From: Anolis carolinensis
Taxonomy: Eukaryota
Reading direction: 5' to 3'
DNA length: 64,000 bases
Assembly: GCF_035594765.1 (NCBI RefSeq)
Contig: NC_085846.1
Location: 14,247,190-14,311,189, forward strand
Position 1 is the first letter of the stretch. Each line of letters begins with the position of its first letter. Below, one piece after another: positions 33,859 through 47,541 of this stretch. The translations under genes and the position numbers were made by a program. The notes beneath the pieces were generated by a model. It saw nothing but the letters and a program-made list of their open reading frames with translations, searched no databases and was not told the origin of the DNA.

Positions 33859-36800
33859 TAACAGCCTACCAGCAGTTAGGAATTGTGGGAGTTGAAGTCC
33901 AAAACACCCAGAGGGCCCAAGTTTGCCCATGCCTCATGTATAGGCTTCTTACTGTCCTGAATTCGTGCTATTGTTCCTAAAGCCAAATTCTCAAAGATAA
34001 TGTGGTTGCACGAAACATCTGTGTGCATTTATATATGTGTGTGTGTGTTTTTGTCGTGCATAAGTGCAGTTATCTGTTGGCCACCGCAGTGGAATCACTG
34101 AGCCGAGAGAGAGAAAGATTGGATGCATGCATCCATGGCATTTTGGAGCAGAAGTGCAGGAATTTCTCACTGTGATGCCCAAAATAATACCAAGTATTTC
34201 AGGAATGCGGTTGTATGTTTTCTTGGTGAAAAGGGAGGTATTTGTCATTTGGCTCAGGGCAGGGGGAGCATTGCTTGTGCCTCTCACCCTCTAATTCAAG
34301 GCAGCTGAAAAGAACCATCCAAATGTATTCAAACCAATTAGGAGTTTTATCTAAAAGTCCCAACAAAATGCACGGATCTGATCCGCAAATCCGGGGAATG
34401 CTTAGCATTTGGAACTTGCTGTGTCAACAGAATCCTGAATTCCAGAGGAGGGTGGCTGTGTTGATCTGATGCAGTGAAAACAAGAGTCCTGTGGGCAAGA
34501 CTTCATGCACACACAGACACACATATATATTCTTGTGTAACTTTCCATCAACTAGGGCCTGCTTTGTCAAATATGTGGAAAAAAACAATGGAAATCTTAC
34601 ATTGTACTCTGTGTTTGTAGGGAGCAAAGATGAGCGTGATCTAAAAGGTTGAATTTTGCAGGCATTTGGTTTCAAAGTTGTATGACTGACTATAAGCCCC
34701 CACTCTATATACACATGTTGAATTTTTAAGTTTGTGAAATTAAAGAAATAGATGTGTTGTTGAAGGCTTTCATGGCTTGCTGTGAGTTTTCCACGCTTTA
34801 TGACCATGTTCCAGAAGCATTCTCTCCTGACGTTTCACCCACATCTATGGCAGGCAGGCAGGCATCCTCAGAGATAGCTCAAATATAGAACTAGTCATCT
34901 TTTGTTTCGATATGTTGATAACAATAGGACTTGGATTATTTTCTGTGATTTCAGTTGATTTATTTCATGTAGGGCTAAATCTATTTCCCATCCAGTAATT
35001 TCACTGTTTGAAAATTTGAGGTGTTTCTTAAATCAGCAATTTGAATATAATCACTATTTTTTGATCTATATTTTTTTCATGTATGAATATGGTTGTTCAA
35101 AACGCATTTGGGTTGTGTTTTTGTTGTTTTGTTTTGGCAATTGGAAGCTCTTTGGGTCTAAAGATTGTCTGCCTGATTTTCTCACCTGGAAACAAGTTAG
35201 TACAGTATGATCCTGTATCTGTGGAATTGGCTTCATTTATCATATCCTGACAAAATATGACCTCTTTAAGTATCTTCTAGGTCAGGCATGGGCAAACTTC
35301 AGCCCTTCAGGTGTTTTGGTCTTCAACTCCCACAATTCCTAACAGCCGGGCTGTTAGGGATTGTGGGAGTTGGAGTCCAAAACACCTGGAGGGCCGAAGT
35401 TTGCCCATGCCTGTTCTAGGCCCTCCAATATGACTATATTATTGGAATGGATTCTTCATTTCAATAAGTTTTACTGTTATCAGTAGTTTTTTGAGCAAAG
35501 CCTGAAAATGTATCCCTTTGTAGATAGCAAGATCATACTATATTTTGCCAGAAGTGGATTTTGATTATGGATTTATTTATTCATCTTTGATATTGCATAT
35601 GTTTCCTATACATTTGTGAACTCTTGTTAAGAGTTTCTGGTATGCATTTTATAGGAAAGATGATTAATGCTGGTAATTTATGGAGGCATGTGCTAATTTG
35701 TGCTCATTTATTTAGCTATGGGCTAAATTGGAGCATTCAATTCCAAATTGCTGAACGGAGAACCCTACAGAGTTGTGTTATTATATCATTATTAGTACAG
35801 TAGAGTCTCAGTTATCCAACCTAAATGGGCTGGCAGAACGTTGGATAAGTGAATATGTTGGATAATAAGGAGGAATTAAGGAAAAGCCTATTAAACATCA
35901 AATTAGATTATTATTTTACAAATTAAGCACCAAAACATGTTTTACAACAAATTTGACATAAAAAGTAGTTCAATGCATGGTAACGTAATGTAGTAATTAC
36001 TGTATTTACGAATTTAGCACCAAAACATCACAATGTATTGAAAATAATGACTACAAAAATATTGACTACTAAAAGGCAGACTGTGTTGGATAATCCAGAA
36101 TGTTGGATAAGTGAATGTTGGATAAGTGAGACTCTACTGTAGTAGTATTTATACCCACTTTTTCTCTGCCAAAGGAAACTCAGAAGAACTAACATTAAAA
36201 ATCATAACAATGTATGGATTGAAACCTAAAACATATTTAAGGCATACAAATCAGAGAGGGACGTAAAAAGAGAAGGAGACTTAGGGCCCTTCCACACAGC
36301 CATATAACCCAGAATATCAAAGGGGATAATCTATAATATCTGCTTTGAACTGGGTTATCTGAGTCCACACTGCCATATAATCCAGTTCAATGTGGATTTT
36401 ATACAGTTGTGTGGAAAGGACCTTAGATTCCAGAAAGAAAAAAAGAATGAATGTATTTCAATTCTGCTAGCTTTAAGTCAGACTATGGGTGAGTCTACAT
36501 TGTAGAATTAATACAGTTTGACAATACTTGGTGGCACAATGGGTTAAACACTTGTGCCAGCAGGACTGCTGACTTGAAGGTTGGGTTGCTGACCTGAAAG
36601 TTGCCGGTTTGAATCCGGAGAGCGCGCGGATAAGCTTCCTCTGTAAGATCCAGCTCCCCATACAGGGGCATGAGAGAAGCCTCCCACAAGGATGGTAAAA
36701 CATCAAAACATCCGGGTGTCCCCTGTGCAAAATCCTTGCAGATGGCCAATTCTCTCACTTCAAAAGTGACTTGCAGTGTCTCAAGTTATTCCTGATATGA

Positions 36801-37059
36801 AAAAAAGAGAGTTGTGGTTTTACAAGCTCCTTAACCTCTTCTGCTGGAGTCCTGGTGCCTCATCAAACTACAACTCCCAGCATTCCATAGCATTTAGTCC
36901 TGGTGATTAAAAGTGATATTAACCTGCATGAATTCTACAGTGTAGCTGCACACATAGTTTGTCTTAATGCAACCATAATTGAGAGAAGTTCATTCTTATT
37001 GCTTTTCTGGGTTTCCTAAATGCTGTGTCTGGGCCAGAGGACTAAAGAGATGTGTTCTC

Positions 37060-37360
37060 CACAGCTGGTATTTATAGCAGCGATGGGCATGCAAGCGGGC
37101 TGCTCCCTGCCCCCCATCTCCCAGCCCTCCTGCCTCATTCCTAAACTTGGAACAGGGATTTCTGGCAGAAGGGTCTGGGGACGTTGGGAGTTATATGAGC
37201 CGGCCGGCAAAACAATTAGCAGGCATGTCGTCAGCTCCGGAGAAAGGGGAGGGAGCCAAGACTCAGAGGGCAGATGCCGAAGTGTTGCACACTCGCCGAT
37301 ATATAAACTTGACACAAGCACAAGGCACCCATGGAGTGACACACATTCAAGTCAGGTTTG
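37060..37360 (+). promoter_or_regulatory. Possible alternative TATA promoter and short first exon of the myosin gene
   Basis: E-box CAGCTG at 37062, MEF2-like GTATTTATAG at 37068, TATATAAA at 37300-37307 and a donor CAG|GTTTGT at 37355/37356. Confidence 0.3.
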
Positions 37361-37865
37361 TTTTTTCAGTCTGTGACTAGGAGAGTTACAAAGATAGTGG
37401 CTGTTGTCCCAGAGAGGCCTGGAGTACTTGGGAGTCCTGGCTCCCCGCCACTTGGCTGGGACACACGCGGCCCTCCATCCTGTTTCCAGATGAATCTGGG
37501 AGCCCTTTCTCTTCTGTCCTTCTTTCGCTTTAATGCATTGCTTGTGACTTTCCTGCTAAATAACCAAGGACTCTCCAGTTCAAAACACAGAGCCTGGACA
37601 CATAATTTGGGGAACTACCAGAAGATTCCCAGAAGAATTCTGGCTCTTCTGCTACCAAACAAAATTAGGTTTTAAAATAAAAATTCATTTTATTTTCATA
37701 GCTCATTCTTTAACCCTTTTCTTGGGGAATTCAGTAGTTTGTCCCCTGACCACACCCCAAATAATCTCATAGACCAGGCATAGGCAAACTTTGGCCCTCT
37801 AGGTGTTTTGGACTTCAACTCCCATAATTCCTAACAGTCTGTAGGTCGTGATGATAAAATAGCCT

Positions 37866-38420
37866 CAGGCTGGTGTCGCTGTAAGGAGGTCCTCTGTTGT
37901 GCATATGGCAGGGCTCAGACTGCATTGTAGTAAGTGGTCTGTGGTTTGCTTTTCTCCACACTCGCATATCGTGGACCCCACTATGTTTAGCCTCATTTTT
38001 TAAGGTTAGCTCTGCATCTCGTGGTAGCAGAGCTCAGTCTGCTCACCGCCTTCCAAGTGGCCCAGTCTTCTGAATGTCCAGGAATGAGTTTCTCATCCAG
38101 CCTTAGTCACTGATTGAGGTTCTGGGTTTTAACCTGCCACTTTGGACTCTCACTTGCTGAGGTGTTCCTGCGATTATCTCTGTAGATCTTAGGAAGCTAT
38201 TTCTTGATTTAAGATATTGGCATGCTGGTTGATATCTGAACAGAGGATAGGCTGGAGATGTCAATGCCATGGTCCTTTCATTACTGGCTGCTACTGGTGG
38301 ATTTCAGATAGTGCAATACTGGCTAAATGGTATAATTTCTCCTGTAGTGTAGGGTGTAGACATCTCAAGTGTCTCAAGATGGAGAACATGGAATATCATA
38401 AGGCGTGCCCACATGTAGAG
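37866..38420 (-). mobile_element. Degraded Vingi-type LINE 3' fragment
   Basis: Minus-strand translation gives WATWKAVSRLSSATTRCRANLKK and then CECGEKQTTDHLLQC (CCHC knuckle), with stops and frameshifts. Confidence 0.6.
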
Positions 38421-41400
38421 TGATGTTAGTTTTCCAATTTGTTCTGATTTAATAACTGCGGCATTTATATTATTGCAAAAAGAAACAGATTTTTAAAATG
38501 TTTATTTCATAGTAGATAGTGGATATCACCAGTTGTTAAATTCAGGACTGGATGGATAATTTATCCTCAACTTCCAAAACCCGCAGCCAAAATGATTGCT
38601 AAAAATTGAGCATCTCTTATATGAAATTCCTGCATTCAAGTACTCCAAAGTTTAGAAATATCCATATAAGTGGCTAAGATCACGATGCCTTTGCTTTCTG
38701 ATGGTTCTGTATAAACAAACTTTGCTTCATGTATTAAATTATTAAAAATAATATATACAATTGTCAGCTTATGTGTATAAGAGGTATATGAAACATAAAT
38801 GCAATTCATGTGAAGGCTTGGATCCCATCTCCATGATACCTCATTATGTATGCATATGTAGATACAACTATTTCAAAATCCATAATATTTATGATCCAAA
38901 GGATTCTGTATAAGGGATACTCAATTTCAGCAGGGCCACAGGTTTTCTACACTGAGTCCTTCTGCTTTTCTTCGACTTTAAAGTCCTTCAGTTTTAGCGA
39001 GTAATATGCCATGAACATCTCAATGTGGAGATATAATAATAATAATAATTTTATTTTTATACCCCGCCCCATCTCCCCGAAGGGACTCGGGGCAGCTTAC
39101 ATGAGGCCAAGCCCGAACAGAACAATAAAAACAAAACAATAAAACTAATAAACCAATAAGATATATATGCTCTGTGAGATGTAGGTAAATGTATATTTGA
39201 AAATTGGTATGTCAGATTTGCAGCTATGAATTGAGTGGGTGGTCCTCTCTCTTCCTCCTTATATCAGCTGTCCCCTTTCCCCTTCTCACGAGAGGCAGCT
39301 GCCAGAGCTCCATGCTACAGAAATGGCAAGGCGGCTGCTTTTGCAACTCGTTCTGTCAGCCTTAAACCCTCAAGGGTAGCGGAGAGCTTAGAAGCGTGGC
39401 CACCGTAGCGTGCCATGAAGATGCAGAATTGTATATGCTCTCTCATCTCCCTTGCGGTCTCCATGAGTTAAGCGAAATGCAAGGAGTACAGGTGGTGGTC
39501 CTTGATGTTCAAGTGATGAGAAACAACACGGGGAACTGGTCTTCCAGAGGCAGCTTCTCCAACCTGGGGACCTCCAGATGGGTTGAACTGGGGCACCTTT
39601 GGTACTATGCAGTTATAGCATAATATCCCACATTTCCATTCTGTGCTATTTTGGGGGTTGCAGTTAGGCATCTCAGCCAGGTAACTCAGCAAACTACAAA
39701 CCCCAGGATTCCATAGGATGCAGCCGTGGCAGTTGATGTGGAATCATGGTGCTATAACTATGCAGTGTGAAAGTACCCCAGATTGAGAAAGCTGTCATAG
39801 AGGAAAAGATGATGTGCTGAGAAGCTGTGCTAGGCCCTAGACGTGGACAATAATGATTTGCCCACGTGGCTTCCCTTCTATTTTGACCTTAGCTATCCTG
39901 TAATGCAAATATCCAAGCTGTTATCTTGATTTTTCCTTTTGACAAGAGGACCGACAGCATTGCAAAGGAAACACTACAGGATTAGTGAGGCAGTTTTCTG
40001 CATATTGATATTGCTTTGTCTAGAACTTGGGAACATTTATTCTGTGACTATATTTCTTAGTTTCCCACTGGTCATATTGACTGATGGATTCCAGTCGGTA
40101 TAGTCCTCAAAAGTCATGTGCTTAACCTCCATCTTTCTCCATGTTGTAGTTCTAAAAAGCTAGAATTACAGGGGCAGAATGAGGGAACATTGTTTGCATT
40201 TACAACTGGTGTCTGCTTCCCCAAAGATGGTTGGTCTTCGTCCTAGGTGTGCAGGAGAGTGGTACAGTGCCACAAAATTATATTTCCGAAGGTCCATTGG
40301 CTGGGTTTTGCCATTATTCCTTATGGAAAAGACATCACTCAGCTTGGCTTGCTGAACTGCCAAACTCTGATCAGTCCTTTGAGCTGACAGCAAAACAAGT
40401 AAGACCTGTTCAACATTTGTCAGATGATGAAAAAGTCTAGGACTGGAGAGATTTCCAGTCCACCCTGGTGACAGAAAACAGGAGTCCCTGGCTTTCTGGG
40501 AGCTGGGAGGCCTTCTGTGCTGATTCAGGGAGCGGCTGGCAGTTGTCTGAAGTTCATTGGGGTGCACGGTGCAAAGTGGCTTTTGTTGGCGTTTCTGTAT
40601 TTGCATTCACATTTTTGTTGCTGTTGGAACAAGATCTTTTGACAGGTGAACAGCAGCAAGGATGACTCTTAAGGATGACTCTTAAAGGAAGTAGGCTTGA
40701 GCAGGCAGCCGAGGAACAAGCCGAGCGTGTGAGGAGGGCACCGCCTTCTTGGGTTTTAACTGGCCTCTGAAATCGGGGAGGCAGTGCTCCAGAAATTTTT
40801 CAGTCATCCCAAACAAAACAAACTCTGCTGGTTATCATAACTAACAATTATGGGAAGGCTTCAACCCGTGGGATGTCGGTTCCCGCTCTTAACCCCATGA
40901 CGCCTGTTCCCTTCTCATCTCGCTTCTCTGTCCTTCTGATGTGATCCCATCCCGGGACCGAAAATTCAGAAATCCTGGCTCCAAGCCTCTCCCTGTTGGA
41001 AAGCTGGGCACCACACCCTTCTTGGTTCCCATCCTCAACCAGCTTTGAAGATGAGATAGCTCGACTGGCACCTCGACAGAGATCTGCGTTTTTCTGCCTC
41101 TTTACCCATGCCGCACCCCAGAGGGAGACGCATTTGGAACCAATTACCCCCGGGCACGGTGCCACACCTTGTGGCTTCCTTTCCGAATATCCGGGCCAGA
41201 TCAAACCCACAGCCTAGGATGACCTGAAAGTAATGTGACCGATCCATATTACCCCCGAAATGTATTCTTCTTTCTACCTCCAGAACTGGCCATCTACGTT
41301 TATTTTTGCACGGCAATGGCTTGAAGCACCCGTGATGTCCAGGTTGCCGTACTTGCTGATGCCAATCAGGCTGTGGGTTTTCAAGGGCATTCTTGTGATT

Positions 41401-44400
41401 CCATTGCGGGCGCTGCCAGTTTCAAACCATCAGCCGAGCGCAAAGGGGCATTGGCAGGGCAGTCTCTGTGGAGCAGGATAGAGAAAGGATTTGCATCCCT
41501 CTTTTAATATATATACAAAAACTGTTGTATTGGCATCTGCTTTCTTTAACCCACTGCTTTTTATTTGTAATTTTTTGCAATTTGCAATCCCAGTTAGAAC
41601 TTTTTTCTCTTCCATCCTTTGCAAGTTTGCATCCGGAGAGACCAGAAATACATCCTCTGATAACATCTCCGTCATTGTACCGCCTTCTCCTTTCTTGAGA
41701 AGGGTGTCCATTAGTTCAGTTACATGTGTGTCCACATGCATGGGTTTCAGCAATCCATGGAGGCATAATGTGAAATGAATGAATGATTCATCACCTATTT
41801 AAAAAGAATCTTGTGATGTTACTAAGCCTGGTTCCTCGAGCATCCATGCATGGGAGTAATAGCAGAACTCCAACTTTTTTAAATCTAGTAGACCTCCTTT
41901 CCTTCCCAAGGCATTTCAGGATCCAGTTTTCTGAAATTTCATAGGCATTCCCAGCAGAGCGGCCAACTGAAAAATTAAGTGCATATTCAAGTTTTAGTGT
42001 GGAAATCTTACTTTTTGGACTACCAATTCCAGTATCCTTTAGTATGACTAGTAACTAGCTGGAGGAGTGTGGGAGCTGTAATCCAAAAGTAAGTTTAGCA
42101 AGAAATGAAGGATGTACAGTCCTTGTCCGGCTTTGTAGACAACTTCCATCACTCCAGTCATTAGTTGTACTAATAAGACTGATGGGAGTTGTAGTCCAAC
42201 AACATCTGAAAGGCCACAAGCTTCTTGTCCTCCTATCATCAGCAATCAGATTGGTATAAATGAGTACTGTAAGTATTTCTGTCTTGATGCTGCCCAATAA
42301 TGCATAATATACTTCTCCTAAGGGGGTAAGAGAAGAGTTAGTTGTTCTTGTCATGCTCTTTCTTTTAAAAAATCCTGGCCCTTTGGCACCTCTAGTCCCT
42401 TTATTATTCCCTTGTTCTAATTGTCAGCCACATTATGATTGCTGCCACATTTTCTTTGGCCAGGATTCTTTGCCTTTAGAAGTGAAGCAATTGCCTGAAC
42501 TTCAGAAGGATTGCACCCTCATGTTCTAGAAGAATGTGGCTGTTTGCTTTCTGAATAAGTGCAGTTTTCTGGAGGCGCAAAAGCATTGCCGAGAGGACGC
42601 CAACCTGGCACGTTTCGGCATTACGCAGCTTGAGCAGGAAGTGCTATAAAGTCCCAAATTTCCTTCTGGTTAACCCACTAACACCTCAGTGACCTGCTTT
42701 TTCTTTTGGTTGAAGTTGGAGCCAATCGGGGATTTTTGGGGAAAGGAACACTGTTTGAGGGATTCTGCTTGGCTAAGGCTTCAAGGGGCCTGCGGCCATT
42801 GTTTGCCACCTCCCGAACGGCTTCACCCTGGGATTGCTCAGCAAATTAATTAGCCAAAGAGGGCGCAGCTGGTGAGTTAGTGCCACTTGGCCGGGCACGG
42901 TTTGGCAGGACTCGGAGTTTCTTGGCGTTGGTCTAGCCTCCGACTCACTCAGTTGGGCATTGTCCAATCCTTGCAGGTGGGGAAAGGAGCGGGGCCCACT
43001 GGGAGACAGCGTGGAATGTGCTGGATGGAAAATTATTTTAAAATTAAAATATGGTCATGGTAGGAGAAAGCTAAAGCCAAGACTCATATGTTCTTGAAGC
43101 AAGGACCAGAGGTGCATCTACACTGTAGAATGAATGCAATTCTGCTCCACTTCAACTACCATGGCTCAAACCTATAGAATCATGGGTGTTGTCGTTTTAT
43201 TTCTTTGTACAGTAATGGTGCCTCATCAGACTGCAAATCTCAGGACTCCATAGCATTGAGCCATGGCAGTTCAAGTGGTGTCAAATTACATTAATTCTAC
43301 AGTATAGATGTACATTAGGACCTGATAATTTGCACTAATGGGAGTTCTTTGGGTGCATAATTGGGCCAAATGCTTTTGTGGGTGGTTGTTTTTCCTCTAA
43401 ATGCTAGGTGCGGTACCGAAGCCCTGTGTTTTGTGACGATAAACTTTGCATGCCTCAATGATAAACAAACCTATGGAAGTATTACTGTTTTGTGGCTCTG
43501 AGTTTCCCTGGGATCATTAAAAAGAATGTAATGGAGCCACAAGTCTAGAGTCTAGACTGTTTGGGGGAAACTGCATTCCCTGAACAGGGGATGGCATGTG
43601 AAGGCGGAAAAGTACATAGGAATAGAGAATAACAAATGCTTACCACTCAGTCTATTCACATTACTTTTGTTGAAGTTTAGCAAATGTTTTAAATTGATTT
43701 TTAGATATTTGTAACTTTAGAGTGGCATAATCTTTGATTTTAGGGTTGGGATTTTGGACATTTGTAGCTTGTGATTTTAATTGGGTTCTTATTAAAATGT
43801 AGACCTGATAGTTGCCCTGAACTCTTGAAAAGTGGGTGAGGAGATGATAGTGATAGTGATTTGAGGAGGTGATGATGATGATGATTTGTACCCCACTTTT
43901 CTCCCGGGAGTGGGACCCAAAACAACCCAAAATCTTACCCTATATAGTTTTAGAGCCTATAAATTATATATAGTAAAATAAAATTAAATATTTGAATGAT
44001 TAAAAATAGTAAAAATTGAGGGTTTCTGATAATTGTAGTCCATAGAAGCAAACTTTCCAAGCTTCAGCTATGGTATGCTGTGTGTCTGCCTCTGTATATA
44101 TCAGGTATGTGCAAACTTCGCCCTCCAGGTGTTTGGACTACAACTCCCACAATTCCCACAGGTGCAAAAACTTAAAATATAATTAAAAACAGTTAAAATT
44201 TTAACTGTTTGATAGCCCTCAAAATCTGGCTCCCAGCATCCCCAGGAGCTTGCCCCTCCTGGCACAACAGGAAAGGTATTTAGTTGTTTTTGATTAATCC
44301 AAAGTAAACAGACATGATGGTAGTACCAAATTGTTAGAGCTAGGCATGAGCGATAATGAGGTAAGATTTTGGGGTTTTCTACTTATGGCAATCCTAACAT

Positions 44401-47400
44401 GATCTGTCATGGCATTTTCTTTGCAAGATGTGTTCAAAGCCTTTGCCTTCCTCTAAGAGAGTGTGACATGCCTAAGGTTGCACAGTGGGTTTCATGGCTG
44501 AGCAGGGATTCAAACCCTGGTCTCCAGAGTGGTAGTCCAAAGCTCACACCACTACATCATCCTGGATCTCAATTTAAACATGTTGGGAGTAGGACTGAGT
44601 ATAAACCTGATTGTGAGGGTTCTCCAGATAAGGGCCCTGTGCACTCAAGAGCCAGGATAGGAGCTCTTCCGTTCTCTGAGAAAGGTGTGTCAGCTTGGGC
44701 AGGTGGTTGCCAGGCAAAGGTACATTCAGCGGGTTGCACCTGCCTTGGTTGGCAGCCAAAGGGCGTCACCAACCACCCTTTGGTCTTTGAAGGAAGAACT
44801 GGAGCCATTTGCTTCCTCCGCTTTATTAGAACCACATGTATCCCCCCCCTCACCCTCTTGCTGCTTTTTTATCCTGGAACTATCTAGATTAGAAAATGTA
44901 TCCATCAGTGCACACCCTGCATACTTATTCAGGTGGGCAGACATCTCATTCCCCTCCCTGATGTGTTTTTGACTATTGATAGGTCAAAAGGAAGTGGGAT
45001 CAAAAGGATCCTTTGTGTGTTTTTAAATATGAATATTTACGAGTATATCCTAGTTTTCGCCCATTAAAGGGACTCAGGGTGGCGAACGACACATTTAAAC
45101 CAATACAATCAAAAGCAATTACAAAAGTATAAATGTTACATTTTAATAATCGTTAAACAACTCACAAAGTTAAGACATTAAGCATTAACATATTAAAATA
45201 TAATAAAAGACTGTGTGTACCTCTCCAAGTTATCTGTTGACTTACGACGCCCCCGTGAATGTATTTATTTATTTACAGTATTTACATTTTGCCTTTTTCA
45301 CTCTGAAGGGGACTCAGGGCGGATCACAGAACATACATAGGCGGCAAACATTCATTGCTGTTTATACTGACAAGACAGACTATTGTACATAGATAGAGGT
45401 ATATATAAGCTTTTCCAATCTTCGGCATCTTGGAAGCTTGTGCTCAGATCTAGCCACTTTGGGGGGGCGGGGCGGTGCTGTCGCTCTATCTCCCTGCCAA
45501 AGAGCATTGTTCGTAAACTTGCTTTTTGATCAAATCAGCATTTTTTTTCTAGCATTTCCTTATGGATGCCTTTAAAATACCTATTCATCTACGTACATTT
45601 AGTTTTTGAACCACCAGGTAGGCAGAAGCTGGGCTAAAGGCCAGGTGCTCACCCTGACCCGGGCTTTAAACTTTTGATGTACTACAGCTGGTGGTTTAAC
45701 CTGCTGTGCTAAAGCCTGAATTTCCTAAGGGTTTCTTGGTCAAAGTATCCTCAGAGGTGGTTCCTTCCCCCGAAATGTAGTCTACGTCACCTTGTAGTCA
45801 TTATACAAACTTAAAAGCCCAGTTAGTCAATTTATAAAAGCTTGACAGCACAAAAGTGCTTTGACCTCCCAACAAAGGAGAGCAAGGACGGGGCCATCAT
45901 GGCCTCTTTAGGGAGAGAATTCCAAAGCCTGTCTCCGTTGTTACCACTTAACAAAGCTTGGAAGGTGGGGTGGAGGGAAGGACACCTCTAGACTATCTTG
46001 GAGCTCTAGTAGGCTCACAAAAGGAGATGAGGTCCTTCAGTTAATCTGGACCCAAGCCATGTTGGGCTTTATTGCATTTCTGCTTTGCTTTGATTCACAG
46101 ACTAGAACTCTGAAGATGTGCATTGGCTGTAGTAGTTTGACAGTGTAGAGCAGGCATGGGCAAACTTTGGCCCTCCAGGTGTTTTGGACTCCAACTCCCA
46201 GAATTCCTAACAGCCTATCGGCTGTTAGGAATTGTGGGAGTTGGAGTCCAAAACACCTGGAGGGCCAAAGTTTGCCCATGCTTGGTGTAGAGGCACCCTA
46301 AGTACTCATTTTGATGACCTCGATGTTTTGTTAGGACAGGAGCCATTATATGAGAATGGCTTTGAGCCTAGGCAGAGTGCTTTCTCATTGCTGCAGTTTA
46401 GCAAGTTCCCACACATCTGGGGCCTGGAGTCTCGGTGTACCTTGCAGGTCTGAATGGCTTGACATCATGCTTCCTTTGGGACTCCAGCCGTTCTTTTTTT
46501 AGAAACTGAGTAAGGGATCGGAGAGAAAGCTGCAAAGGCCAAGACGGGAAAAAAAGGATCACGCAGAGTGTGCGAAGGACATAAAGTATTATTTGAAAAT
46601 CGCAGCGACGGTTGAGCGGTCCTCTTTCTCCGCAGTTCTGTTCATGCAAAGAGGAAGCCAAGCCTCTTATCCTAGGGGAGACCCCCACGGACGTCTGGAA
46701 CAAGGGCGCGAGTGTCTGGGTCTAGCAGCTCAAACAGGCGAAGCGGCCGCTTACGCCAGCCAACCCAGCGGGGGTCCAGAGGGGGCGAATGGAAGTGAGA
46801 TGGAGAATTGGAAAATCTTGCTCATCAGCCAGACGGCTGGCTGGGGGCACTGGGCCTGGATGAGAGGAGGGAAGCCTGTGTTTTCTTAGAGGAGATATTA
46901 CTCTACTAGGGTCTTTTAAAAGGGGGACGTTGAGGCAGGAAGAAGTGAGCACAACACATTTTTTTGGGGGGGGGGGGGGATCCTTGACATATCTATGACA
47001 TGAATGGATTTTCCAGCCGTGCTTGGATCTGCCCTCCTTGCCTTGGCTCTTCCTATCTTTTCCCAAACGTCCTTGTTCAAACCATTGCACTCATTATGTC
47101 TAGAACTTAAGTTTCTGTGATTTTCCTTTTTTCTATTGTTAATTCATTTTTATAACAGAAAAAGAATGCAAATATAGAAAACAATGATACTTATATGTAC
47201 ATACATACATACACATGATTAAATACACATTTTCTCTTGCTAACAGTTCCTATGGGGAGAAAGACAAGAGTATGTTAATAATAACAACAACATACAGCTC
47301 TACTCTAATTATATCTGACTCTAAAATACAAATATAATGCATAAATTAGCTTTAAAAGAGGATTTCCTACTTCCCTTTTGTCAGTTTCTCTGTAGTTCAA

Positions 47401-47482
47401 CATTTTTTCTTCCACCTTATATCTAGCATATTATGTACTTTGCTTGTTTTTACATTAACAGAGGAATACCCCAACAGCTTAC

Positions 47483-47541
<59 letters not shown>

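Noticed and set aside
41430-41753. 107-aa minus-strand ORF with protein-like composition
   Set aside because: No recognisable motif or convincing splice structure; it is intronic and antisense to the myosin gene.
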